Shown piece by piece: positions 38,113 to 47,505 of a DNA stretch of 64,000 nt (positions are counted from its first letter, which is position 1; every line of letters begins with the position of its first letter). The translations under genes and the position numbers were made by a program. The stretch spans positions 5,849 to 69,848 of the forward strand of contig SLJO01000067.1 in the NCBI GenBank assembly GCA_007135095.1. The letters run 5' to 3'. Origin of the DNA: Bacteroidales bacterium (lineage in GTDB: Bacteria; Bacteroidota; Bacteroidia; Bacteroidales; PUMT01). The notes beneath the pieces were generated by a model that made no database searches, was not told the origin of the DNA, and worked only from the letters and a program-made list of their open reading frames with translations.

Positions 38113-39260
38113 TTCCCTTGTTTTAATAATTCCCTGCAAATGCCCCCGATCATGCCAACACCCGTGCCTATTAATTCATCGGGGAAATCATAATCAGGAT
38201 TATGCAATTCAGGATGCCCCAGGCCGGCCCCGATACCGAATAATATCCCCCGGTGCCTGCGTGTGAACCAGCCGAAATCCTCCGACCATCTGAAGGGTTT
38301 TTCAATGTGCCTTACTTTATACCCGATCCGATGGGCTACTTCCCCCGCCAGGGAGGTCATAAACGGATCATTGGCCGTAGCGGGAAACCGTTCGGTCCAG
38401 CCAACTGATACGCCCAGCTTTTCCCTGTGGGCAATTTCCTCAACCATCCCTGTTGCCCTGGTTCTTAACATCTCCATATCTTCCTGTTCGTATGCCCTCA
38501 GGGTAGCCATAACCACGGCATCTCCCGGACTTGTGCCAAAGGCTATCTCTCCGATCCTTGCGTGTATTATCGTTACCAGCGTGAAGTCATTAAAATCTTT
38601 ACCCTGCGAGAGGCCGGGCAACTCCCGCAGAATCTGTGCTACGGCGGGCGAGGGACTAATGCCGTTGTGCGGCTCACCGGCATGGGATGTTTTGCCCCGC
38701 AGATTAATGATCATCCCTTCTGAAGCTGCAGCAAATACCCCTTCCCTTAATATTATCTCGTGCCGCCGGAAACCCGGCAGATTATGCATGGCCACTATAT
38801 AATCGGGCGTGACAGAAGCGAAAACCGGATCATTCAATACCTCGCAGGCACCCTTGCCATTTTCTTCCGAGGGCTGAAAAAGCACAACCAGTTCACCCCT
38901 TTCGTGCCTTTGTTGTGAGAATAAGCGGGCAACACCGGCTGCAATTGCCATATGTCCGTCATGTCCGCATTTATGGGAAACTCCCGGGGAAGCAGACTTA
39001 TGTTCAAAATCATTCGATTCATGAATGGGAAGTGCATCCAGCTCCGAGCGGATCATGACACGGGGTCCGGGTGTTTTGCCCCGGAACCTGGCAGCAACAC
39101 CATACCCTCCCACATGGGTTAACAGTTCATCAGGCCTGAGCTCATTCAAAAATTCCGTGATCCGTATGGATGTGATCTCCTCGTTGCCTGACAATTCAGG
39201 AAGCTTATGCAACTCCTTGCGGAGATTTACCAGTAACTCTTGATCCGGCAATATGCCCAT
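38109..39260 (-). CDS. M20-family amidohydrolase (M20D, N-acyl-amino-acid amidohydrolase/hippurate hydrolase-like)
   Basis: 383 aa with metal-ligand motifs HKCGHDGH and FQPSEE, typical of M20D amidohydrolases. Confidence 0.8.
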   Translation of the reverse strand: MGILPDQELLVNLRKELHKLPELSGNEEITSIRITEFLNELRPDELLTHVGGYGVAARFRGKTPGPRVMIRSELDALPIHESNDFEHKSASPGVSHKCGHDGHMAIAAGVARLFSQQRHERGELVVLFQPSEENGKGACEVLNDPVFASVTPDYIVAMHNLPGFRRHEIILREGVFAAASEGMIINLRGKTSHAGEPHNGISPSPAVAQILRELPGLSQGKDFNDFTLVTIIHARIGEIAFGTSPGDAVVMATLRAYEQEDMEMLRTRATGMVEEIAHREKLGVSVGWTERFPATANDPFMTSLAGEVAHRIGYKVRHIEKPFRWSEDFGWFTRRHRGILFGIGAGLGHPELHNPDYDFPDELIGTGVGMIGGICRELLKQGK

Positions 39261-39282
39261 AGACTGATTGAAAAGTATGTTT

Positions 39283-39735
39283 CTACTTCTTCTTGTTTTT
39301 GGTCAGCCTCATTTCCATGTACTTATTGGTAAACCCAAGCTTCTGGTAAAGGAACCGGGCAGGATTATCATGTTCCACGTGAAGCTTGACATCCCCTTCT
39401 GCAAGCACGATTGCCTTATTCATCAGTTCCCGGCCATAGCCCTTGCCCCTGAACTTTTCATCAACTGCAATATAAACCAGGATATTCTCAGGAATGTACC
39501 CTTCCATTCCGGTCTTATTGACTACTACCACCCCGACTATTCCCCCGTCAAGGGTCCCCCGCAGAACAAAGCCTCCGGGACCAGGTGATTCCTTTAAGGC
39601 GTATGATATCGCCCTGCCGATGGCTTCCCTGGTATCACGGAACTGGTCAAGATGGGTATAAAGGAAATCAATTATCTCCTTCCTCTCATTTTCAGTAATA
39701 GGATTTGATGAATTAAAAACTTTAAAATCAAGCAT
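39283..39735 (-). CDS. GNAT-family N-acetyltransferase
   Basis: I moved the start to ATG 39735 (MLDFKVFNSS), giving 150 aa. The acetyl-CoA motif is VDEKFRGKGYGRELM. The ORF-track upstream extension (to 39984) is junk-like. Confidence 0.8.
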   Translation of the reverse strand: MLDFKVFNSSNPITENERKEIIDFLYTHLDQFRDTREAIGRAISYALKESPGPGGFVLRGTLDGGIVGVVVVNKTGMEGYIPENILVYIAVDEKFRGKGYGRELMNKAIVLAEGDVKLHVEHDNPARFLYQKLGFTNKYMEMRLTKNKKK

Positions 39736-39850
39736 GAATATGTTGTTTTTTTGGTTCGTATGCGTAAAACCCGGGAAAGGTAACTGTAATGGATCTGCGG
39801 GCCTGCAGGCAGGTTTGGCGACTGGAACCTTGAATTTGTTTTCCGCACTG

Positions 39851-39858
39851 CAAAGATA
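39851..39858 (-). promoter_or_regulatory. Candidate -7 promoter box for the GNAT-M20-alr operon
   Basis: CAAAGATA on the + strand reads TATCTTTG on the minus strand. It lies about 116 nt upstream of ATG 39735, which implies a leader of about 110 nt containing GC-rich palindromes (GCCTGCAGGC). Confidence 0.3.
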
Positions 39859-39980
39859 CGAAAAAAAAGGCGGACATGCAAATCCGTGCCGTCCCGTGGC
39901 ATTGCATACCTCCCGGCATGCCTGATGCACAGGGCAAAATACCGGGGCAGGTCTTTCGGAAAAAAGCCAACGGGAACCAG

Positions 39981-40865
39981 TCACGGCACCAGCACCCGGA
40001 GCCCCTGACTGACCAGGGAGATGCGGATTTTCCTGCCTGCCTTGCCGGGTTCTCCGTCATAATGTGCCGATCCCGGGTTTTGCTGCCTCACTTCGACTTC
40101 ACGGCACTTAATGGTCTGCAGCAGAGAGCTGCGGTCGAGTCTTTTTCCAAACAGGGCGCAGACTATCCCCGGGCTGCTGAAAATGCTGAACGGGCGGAGT
40201 ATGCAAACATCAAGCAGTCCGTCACTCACATCCGCCCCGGGAGCAATAAAGGCGTTATTCCCGTATTGTGAGGCATTGGCAAATGTGATAAGCAGGGCCC
40301 GCACCCTGATTTTTTGTTTACCATCTATCAGCAGCCGGTACTTTTGCGGTTTATACTTAAAATATTCCCTGACTATGGCCCTGGCATAGGATGAAAACCC
40401 CCTGCTTTTATCGGCAGAATAAACATCGCCTATGCGGGCGTCAAAGCCCACGCCGCTGACACAAAAAAAAGCCTGCTTGTCCAACAGGCCATAATCGATA
40501 TTGCAAACCCTGCCCCCAAGTATGATCTTAAGTGCAGATGAAACCTTCCGGGGTATTTTCAGGTGGCGGGCAAGCCCGTTGCCCGACCCGTTTGGTATGA
40601 TCCCCATAATTCCGTCGGTATGAACAAGTGCCGAGGCAACTTCATTTACTGTCCCGTCACCTCCGACGGCGACAAATTTGCGGATTCCCTGGTTTAATCC
40701 CCCGGCGACAACCCTGCTTATATCCTTTTTCCCGCTGGTAAACACGACAACGGGCTCAACGGAAGCACCAACCCGGCTAATCCTCCTGATTATAAAATCA
40801 GCAAGCCTTCTGCCGTTGCCCCTTCCCGAAACAGGGTTGACTATAAATAAAATTTTCTCCATCAT
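39981..40865 (-). CDS. Diacylglycerol-kinase-family lipid kinase (YegS-like), paralogue 2
   Basis: 294 aa with FIVNPVSGRGNG and VAVGGDGTVNEVASAL (GGDGT motif). Confidence 0.8.
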   Translation of the reverse strand: MMEKILFIVNPVSGRGNGRRLADFIIRRISRVGASVEPVVVFTSGKKDISRVVAGGLNQGIRKFVAVGGDGTVNEVASALVHTDGIMGIIPNGSGNGLARHLKIPRKVSSALKIILGGRVCNIDYGLLDKQAFFCVSGVGFDARIGDVYSADKSRGFSSYARAIVREYFKYKPQKYRLLIDGKQKIRVRALLITFANASQYGNNAFIAPGADVSDGLLDVCILRPFSIFSSPGIVCALFGKRLDRSSLLQTIKCREVEVRQQNPGSAHYDGEPGKAGRKIRISLVSQGLRVLVP

Positions 40866-40952
40866 TATCCCCGGCTAACAAAAAACCGGTCATGCTTATG
40901 CCCCATGACCGGCTCTAAATATCATAACAGTAAAAACATGCCGGTTAACGGC

Positions 40953-41837
40953 TTACCTGTAATCGGCACGCACGTAATCGGCATCAAGCAGATAATCAAG
41001 GCTGATTCTTACACTTTCAAGCGGCTCATAGTTATACTGCTCAACCTCAACAATTACATATCGCAAACCGGCAATATCAGCATTCTCAAATGCAGGCCTG
41101 AAATCCATTTCCCCGCTGGCGCCAACTTCTTCCCTGTCTTTTACATGATACATCAGAAAGCGGCCCGGATAATTCTGGAGATAATCTTCACAATAGCCGA
41201 CACCCTCGTCACGTCCCACCTCCAACCAGTAAAGGTCAAGCTGAAAGAAAACAAGGCCGGGATCAGTATTTTCCAGAAGGAAATCATATGCAACCCGGTT
41301 TTCAACGGTAGTAAACTCAATTGCATGGTTGTGAAATCCGAAACGTAACCCCCTGGCCTGAGCCAGTTCACCAATTGCATTAAAATAATCGGCCCATTGT
41401 TGCAGTATATCCAGGCTTTCAAAAGCAGAGCTGGGCATGAATGGCTGGACAATGTAGCCGGCACCTGCCCTTGCATGAGCATCGATAGCCGTCTCCCACC
41501 ACTGCATTGCCTCGTCCCAGTCCTCTTCCGCGGGCAGCTCCCGGCCTATATGGGAGCTGACAAAATCCATTCCGCTGGCCTCTACAAGTGATGTGAAGGT
41601 TTCCGGTTCCATACCGTACAACATGCCATTGGAATAACCGGCAGCTTCAACAAAGCTGTACCCCATTTCTCCCAGGGCCCTGAGGGTTCCTTCAGGATCG
41701 GCCGACATGTCGCCGCGGACAGACCAGAGCTGGATTCCTATATATTTATCATCCCGGGGGGGATCACAGGAAGATGCAACTGATGTGACAAACAGTATAA
41801 AGAACAAGATTTTAAATAAACAGGCAATCCGTTTCAT
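40953..41837 (-). CDS. Sugar phosphate isomerase/epimerase (xylose isomerase-like TIM barrel), exported lipoprotein
   Basis: 294 aa with signal and lipobox VASSC. GIQLWSVRGDM and GYSFVEAAGY are typical of the AP_endonuc_2 / xylose-isomerase-like fold. Confidence 0.7.
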   Translation of the reverse strand: MKRIACLFKILFFILFVTSVASSCDPPRDDKYIGIQLWSVRGDMSADPEGTLRALGEMGYSFVEAAGYSNGMLYGMEPETFTSLVEASGMDFVSSHIGRELPAEEDWDEAMQWWETAIDAHARAGAGYIVQPFMPSSAFESLDILQQWADYFNAIGELAQARGLRFGFHNHAIEFTTVENRVAYDFLLENTDPGLVFFQLDLYWLEVGRDEGVGYCEDYLQNYPGRFLMYHVKDREEVGASGEMDFRPAFENADIAGLRYVIVEVEQYNYEPLESVRISLDYLLDADYVRADYR

Positions 41838-42192
41838 TATTTCAAGGTTTTAGTTAGATATTAATATTCAGTCGAAAATATTTAAGCCAGAAGCTGCTAA
41901 ATGGCTGGTTTTTCTCCTATCCGTGTGCCAGCTACATCGGGATTATGCAATGAAAAGAACCTTAATTTGTAAAAATATGAAAAAATAAGGTTCCCTGCTA
42001 TTTAAATTCAACATTTTTTGTTCCACGGCAGCCGCCTGCCGGCAGGCGCCTTATCCTGATTATTTCATGATACTAATCAATAATTCTGATCCTGTCATTA
42101 TGGAAAAGTTGTTTTATTATCTTTACAATGTTTAAAAAAAGAACTCCCCAGAAAAAACGATGTTTTTGAGAACAAAAGCTTATCCGGATTAA

Positions 42193-43278
42193 ATGAGCAG
42201 GGAAGTCAAATATATCGCGGTACTGATTGCTGTACTTTTCACCTTTGGCTGCCCTTATACTTGCAAGGTTAATGCCCAAGCCGGTGGCGGCAATACGTGG
42301 GAATTTCTGAATCTCACCAGCTCCGCCCGGGTTGCTTCGCTTGGAGGAAAGAATATATCACTGCACGACGGAGATTTGAACATGGTATTCCACAACCCTG
42401 CACTGCTGGACAGCACCATGCATAACCATTTGGTCCTTAATTATGTAAATTACTTTGCCGGAATCAACTACGGTTACGCCTCATGGGCCTGGCATCATGG
42501 CAGGCTGGGAAGTTTCGCGGCAGGTGTCCATTACATCAATTACGGAAAATTTATAGCCGCCGATCCGATGGGGCATATAACAGGCGATTTCACGGCAAGC
42601 GAAAATTCACTTAATATCTCCTGGTCGGTTGCACTGGATACCCTTTTTTCCTTCGGGGCCACAGTTAAGGGGATCAGCTCCTCATTTGAACAATACAGTT
42701 CGCTGGGACTGGCAATGGACGCAGGCATAAACTATTACAACCCCTCACGGCTTCTGTCCGCTTCACTGGTGATGAAGAATCTTGGAACACAAATCACCTC
42801 CTGGTACAGGGACGGGGAAAAAGAGCCGCTGCCATTTGAGCTGCAGCTCGGGATAACAAAGCAGCTTGCACATGCCCCGTTCCGCTTTTCCTTATTGTAC
42901 CAGCATCTTCTGGATTTCGGCCTCGATGGCAAGGATACCCCCGGTAACAGAACGGGGCGGGAAAATCCTTCGCTGTCTCAAAAGCTTGAAAATACCGGCA
43001 GTGAACTTATGCGCCACCTCGTAGCGGGTGTGGAATTCATTCCCGTTCAGAGTTTCTCGCTGTATACAGGATATAACGCCCTTCGAAGGCATGAACTGAA
43101 AATTGCCGAAAGGACATCGACAGTTGGATTTTCATGGGGTTTTGGCATACAGGTCACCAAATTCCGCATAAGTTTCGGCCAGGCACGATACCACCTGGCC
43201 GGATCGTCAAACCACTTCTCGGTCAGCACCGACCTTTCATCTTTTTACAGCAGCCGGAACCAACTTCCGGGTTATTGA
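42193..43278 (+). CDS. porQ: Type IX secretion system protein PorQ
   Basis: 361 aa with a signal peptide ending VNA|Q. WEFLNLTSSARVASLGGKNISLHDGDLNMVFHNPALL is the PorQ-family N-terminal motif. As I recall, the porQ-cmk-ispH order matches Porphyromonas gingivalis. Confidence 0.75.
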   Translation: MSREVKYIAVLIAVLFTFGCPYTCKVNAQAGGGNTWEFLNLTSSARVASLGGKNISLHDGDLNMVFHNPALLDSTMHNHLVLNYVNYFAGINYGYASWAWHHGRLGSFAAGVHYINYGKFIAADPMGHITGDFTASENSLNISWSVALDTLFSFGATVKGISSSFEQYSSLGLAMDAGINYYNPSRLLSASLVMKNLGTQITSWYRDGEKEPLPFELQLGITKQLAHAPFRFSLLYQHLLDFGLDGKDTPGNRTGRENPSLSQKLENTGSELMRHLVAGVEFIPVQSFSLYTGYNALRRHELKIAERTSTVGFSWGFGIQVTKFRISFGQARYHLAGSSNHFSVSTDLSSFYSSRNQLPGY

Positions 43279-43340
43279 AAATTCATTACCTTTGCATAAT
43301 TACTTTGCATGGTATTAGACTCATAATTAAACACTTATTA

Positions 43341-44057
43341 ATGACTTCCCCCGATAGGAAAATCATTATCGCCATCGACGGCCATTCTTCCTGTGGAAAA
43401 AGCACCTTTGCCAGGGCGATCGCTGAAAAAACAGGCTACCTGTACATTGACAGCGGGGCAATGTACAGGGCGGTCACTTTAGCCTGTATGGAGCGCGGAC
43501 TGCTGCAGGGGGACGGTGTCGACCAGGGGCTGCTTGCAGAGACACTCGGTGAAATCCGTATAAGTTTCAGGAAGGAACCGGGTTCTTCAGTTCCCCAAAC
43601 CTGGATGAACGGGGTGAATGTTGAAGAGAAGATAAGGTCAATCAGGGTGGCCTCAAATGTCAGCCTGGTAAGCAAGTTTTCAATTGTCAGAAGCAAACTG
43701 GTTTCCCTTCAGCGGGCAGCGGGAAAGGACAGGGGAGTGGTAATGGAGGGCCGGGACATTGGAACTGTTGTGTTCCCCGATGCCGAAATCAAGATATTCA
43801 TGACTGCCGCACCGGAAATAAGGGCCCAAAGACGCTACCTGGAGCTCAGGGGCAAAGGGATGGAGGCGGATTTCGCGGAGGTGCAGGAGAATATAACCGA
43901 ACGCGACCGGCTTGATGAGACCCGCCCGGAGAGCCCCCTTACCAGGGCGCCCGATGCCATAACACTGGATAACTCATATATGACCCTGCAGCAGCAGATG
44001 GACTGGTTCTGTGATCTGCTGTCAGGGATGAATTTTTCTTTAAAATGCAGGACATGA
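43341..44057 (+). CDS. cmk: Cytidylate kinase
   Basis: I moved the start to ATG 43341 (MTSPDRKIIIAIDGHSSCGKST, the P-loop). It also has IDSGAMYRA and GRDIGTVVFPDA. Confidence 0.9.
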   Translation: MTSPDRKIIIAIDGHSSCGKSTFARAIAEKTGYLYIDSGAMYRAVTLACMERGLLQGDGVDQGLLAETLGEIRISFRKEPGSSVPQTWMNGVNVEEKIRSIRVASNVSLVSKFSIVRSKLVSLQRAAGKDRGVVMEGRDIGTVVFPDAEIKIFMTAAPEIRAQRRYLELRGKGMEADFAEVQENITERDRLDETRPESPLTRAPDAITLDNSYMTLQQQMDWFCDLLSGMNFSLKCRT

Positions 44058-44941
44058 ATGTAACGGTCGATAAAGAGTCGGGATTTTGTTTCGGTGTGCA
44101 GCGCGCAATAGAAAAGGCGGAAAAACTCCTTGAAGAACATGAAAAACTTCACTGCCTTGGTGACATAGTGCATAACCAGGCAGAAATGCAACGCCTCAGC
44201 GATAAGGGACTTATAAGCACCGACAAGGAGAACCTGAAGAATCTCCGCTCGCAGCAGGTGCTATTCAGGGCCCATGGCGAGCCACCGGAGAGTTACAGGA
44301 TAACGGGTGAAAACAAATTGACATTAACCGATGCGACATGTCCCATAGTCAGGAAACTGCAGGAAAGGGTCAGGAAAGCATGGGCATCAGTAAAAAGTCA
44401 AAACGGGCAGATTGTTATATACGGCAACCCCGATCATCCTGAAATAATCGGACTGCAGGGGCAAACCGGCAACGGTGCCATTATTGTAAAAAATCCCACA
44501 GGGCTCTCCGGGATTGACCCCGGGAGGCCGGTGGAGCTTTTTTCGCAGACAACCAAAAGCACCGTTGAATTTCGCAGCCTGGAAAGAAATTTACGGGAGC
44601 TGATGAAAGAGCATCATCAAAACAGCGAGATCCCCTTGAAGGTGCATAATACAATATGCGGGCAGATATCAAGGAGAACCCCGCTGATCAAAAAATTTGC
44701 CCGCAGCAATGATGTCATTGTGTTTGTTGGAGGCACGCAGAGCTCCAATGCCAAAGTGCTGTTCCTGCACTGCAAGGCAACCAACCCCAGAAGCTGGTTT
44801 GTATCAATGCCCGACGAAGTGGAAAAGGAATGGTTCAGGGATGCGTCATCTGCAGGAGTATGCGGCGCCACCTCCACGCCCTTGTGGCTGATGGAAAAGG
44901 TGGCCGCAAGAATCAGGGAACTAACAGAGATTAAACCCTGA
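44054..44941 (+). CDS. ispH: 4-hydroxy-3-methylbut-2-enyl diphosphate reductase
   Basis: GFCFGVQRAI at the N-terminus, plus the conserved motifs TCPIV and NTICG. The start ATG 44054 forms an ATGA overlap with the cmk stop. The ORF-track start at 44045 is an alternative. Confidence 0.9.
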   Translation: MNVTVDKESGFCFGVQRAIEKAEKLLEEHEKLHCLGDIVHNQAEMQRLSDKGLISTDKENLKNLRSQQVLFRAHGEPPESYRITGENKLTLTDATCPIVRKLQERVRKAWASVKSQNGQIVIYGNPDHPEIIGLQGQTGNGAIIVKNPTGLSGIDPGRPVELFSQTTKSTVEFRSLERNLRELMKEHHQNSEIPLKVHNTICGQISRRTPLIKKFARSNDVIVFVGGTQSSNAKVLFLHCKATNPRSWFVSMPDEVEKEWFRDASSAGVCGATSTPLWLMEKVAARIRELTEIKP

Positions 44942-44945
44942 TAAA

Positions 44946-47411
44946 ATGCTTTATGCCGACCTCATCCTCCCCCTCCCGCTTCCAGGAGTGTTTACCTATT
45001 CGGTGCCACCGCTGCTGCAGGGTGATGTTTCCGCCGGAAAGAGGGTACTGGTCCAGTTTGGCAAAAGAAAGGTCTATTCGGCCGTGGTCAGCAGGATACA
45101 TGATCTTGAACCAACTGATTACAAGACCAGGGACATATTGTCGGTGCTTGATACAGGGCCGCTGGTGCTGCCTGTGCAGCTTGACTTCTGGAACTGGGTA
45201 GCCACCTATTATATGTGCACCCTGGGCGAGGTTCTCAAGGCTGCCATGCCGTCGGGACTGAAACTGGAAAGCGAAACCAGGCTTGTTTCAAATCCCCTCT
45301 ACGTGGGAAAGGACCAGCTGGGCCAAAAAGAAGCCGGTGTGCTCGCGCTTTTGGAAAGCAGACCGTATTGCACAATCAGCGAATTATCGGCCGCAGCAGG
45401 CGGCGTGCCAGTCTACCCGCTTGTAAGAACCCTTATTGAGAGAAATGCAGTTATGGCAGAGGAATCGGTAAAAAGATCCTTCAGGCCAAAAACCGAAACC
45501 TTTATAAGTCTTCATCCCTCAGCGTGCAATGCACAAAAACTTAATGATATAACGGAAAGCCTCGGCAGGGCTGCCAGGCAGCTAGAGCTGCTGTACCACT
45601 ACCTGCAGTTAAGCGGCTATTCAGACTTCAGCCTGCCTGCCCCGGAAATTCCGAAAGCCACCATCCTGAAATCATCAAAATTCACCCATGCCACCCTGAA
45701 GCCGCTGGTAACAAAAAATATACTTAAAGAAACTCGGCATTACATTTCCCGTATTGCAGGCCCCCCGGTTGAGCTCAAGGGCATTAGCGAGCTCAATGTG
45801 TTCCAGCAGGAGGCCCTTGTGAGTATCAGGGAGCAGTTCAAAACCAGGGATGTTGTACTCCTGGAGGGCATTACATCCGGGGGAAAAACAGAAATTTATA
45901 TCCACCTGATCAAAGAGGAGCTGAAAAAGGGCATGCAGGTTCTCTACCTGCTGCCGGAGATTGCCCTTACGGCACAGATTATCGTCCGGCTGAAGCATAT
46001 ATTCGGCAATAACGCCGGTGTTTACCATTCAAAATTTTCCGATCCGGAAAGGGTTGAGATCTGGAACAATGTACTGAAAAACGACCCTGACAGCTACAGC
46101 CTTATACTGGGGGTCAGGTCGTCACTGTTTCTGCCTTTTTCGAAGCTCGGACTGGTGATTGTGGATGAGGAACATGAAAATACATTCAAGCAGTTTGAAC
46201 CGGCCCCAAGGTATCATGCGCGCGATGCAGCCATAATGCTTGCCTCGATGCATGGGGCCAAAACCCTGCTGGGCACGGCAACGCCATCGATAGAGTCTGC
46301 TTTCAATGCCCTTTCGGGAAAATACGGGCTGGTACAGCTTGTAAAACGATACCAGGAGATCGAACTTCCTGAAATTGTCATTGCCGATACCCGGGAAGCC
46401 AGGAAAAGAAAAAGGATGAGGTCCATCTTTACCCCTGAACTTCTTGAAGCAATAGCGGCAGCCCTGGGCAACGGGGAGCAGGTCATACTTTTCCAGAACC
46501 GCCGGGGGTATGCACCTTTCGTGGAATGTGCCGACTGCGGCTGGATACCCCGCTGCCGCCATTGCGATGTGAGTATGACATACCATAAGAACACCAGCCA
46601 GATGGTTTGCCATTACTGCAGCGCTGCCGGCAATCCCCCGGCAGCATGCCCCGACTGCGGAAGCACCGGCATAAAAACACGGGGCTTCGGAACGGAAAAG
46701 ATAGAAGATGAGATAGGCATATTTTTCCCCGGGGCAAGGGTGGGGAGGCTGGATCTGGATTCGGTGAGAAAGAAAAGGGCCCACGAGAAGATAATCATGG
46801 ATTTTGAGTCGGGACAGCTTGACATACTGGCCGGAACACAAATGATAGCCAAGGGACTGGATTTCGGGAAAGTTTCACTGGTGGGGATACTTAATGCCGA
46901 TAATCTTTTGTTCTTCCCTGATTTCAGGGCACACGAAAGAAGCTTCCAGCTGATCTCCCAGGTAAGCGGCAGGGCGGGAAGAAAAGTAAAAAGGGGAAAG
47001 GTAGTGATCCAGACCGGTTTCCCCGGCCATCCGGTAATCAAACATATCATCAGTAATAACCCCCGGCAGCATTTCCGTGAGCAGATTGCCGAACGCAGGC
47101 AGTTCCTTTATCCTCCATTTGTCAGGCTTATAAAAATAGCAGTAAAGGACAAAGACAGGGAACTTGTTGAAAAGGCGGCCACATTTCTTGCAACAAACCT
47201 GAGAAAAAAGTTCGGATCAAGGGTTCTGGGGCCCGAATCCCCCCTGATAGGAAGGATACAAAACCGTTATATAATGAACATACTTCTGAAAATAGAAAAG
47301 CGGGCCAATCTATCAAGAGCCCGCGCCCTGATCCGGGAGGAAATATCCGCCCTGCAGTCCGCTCCTGCTTTCAGGTCCTGCCAGGTCTATCCTGATGTTG
47401 ACCCGGTTTGA
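44946..47411 (+). CDS. priA: Primosomal protein N' (replication restart helicase PriA)
   Basis: 821 aa with Walker A GITSGGKTE and the DEEH box VIVDEEHE. The Cys-rich zinc-binding insert is CADCGWIPRCRHCDVSMTYH...CHYC...CPDCGS. Confidence 0.95.
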   Translation: MLYADLILPLPLPGVFTYSVPPLLQGDVSAGKRVLVQFGKRKVYSAVVSRIHDLEPTDYKTRDILSVLDTGPLVLPVQLDFWNWVATYYMCTLGEVLKAAMPSGLKLESETRLVSNPLYVGKDQLGQKEAGVLALLESRPYCTISELSAAAGGVPVYPLVRTLIERNAVMAEESVKRSFRPKTETFISLHPSACNAQKLNDITESLGRAARQLELLYHYLQLSGYSDFSLPAPEIPKATILKSSKFTHATLKPLVTKNILKETRHYISRIAGPPVELKGISELNVFQQEALVSIREQFKTRDVVLLEGITSGGKTEIYIHLIKEELKKGMQVLYLLPEIALTAQIIVRLKHIFGNNAGVYHSKFSDPERVEIWNNVLKNDPDSYSLILGVRSSLFLPFSKLGLVIVDEEHENTFKQFEPAPRYHARDAAIMLASMHGAKTLLGTATPSIESAFNALSGKYGLVQLVKRYQEIELPEIVIADTREARKRKRMRSIFTPELLEAIAAALGNGEQVILFQNRRGYAPFVECADCGWIPRCRHCDVSMTYHKNTSQMVCHYCSAAGNPPAACPDCGSTGIKTRGFGTEKIEDEIGIFFPGARVGRLDLDSVRKKRAHEKIIMDFESGQLDILAGTQMIAKGLDFGKVSLVGILNADNLLFFPDFRAHERSFQLISQVSGRAGRKVKRGKVVIQTGFPGHPVIKHIISNNPRQHFREQIAERRQFLYPPFVRLIKIAVKDKDRELVEKAATFLATNLRKKFGSRVLGPESPLIGRIQNRYIMNILLKIEKRANLSRARALIREEISALQSAPAFRSCQVYPDVDPV

Positions 47412-47505
47412 CCTGTGCAGCATACGAGTGGTGCAAAGTCATGATCCTGATATGCCGGTCTTAATTTTTAATTATCTTTATTTTTTATATAAAAATCCAA
47501 AAATC

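Noticed and set aside
39736-39980. A riboswitch or structured leader upstream of the GNAT operon, suggested by GC-rich palindromes such as GCCTGCAGGC and CTGCGGGCCTGCAG.
   Set aside because: I see no resemblance to any riboswitch class I can recognise. The same region must also hold the terminator of the upstream lipid kinase gene, which probably explains the GC-rich hairpins.
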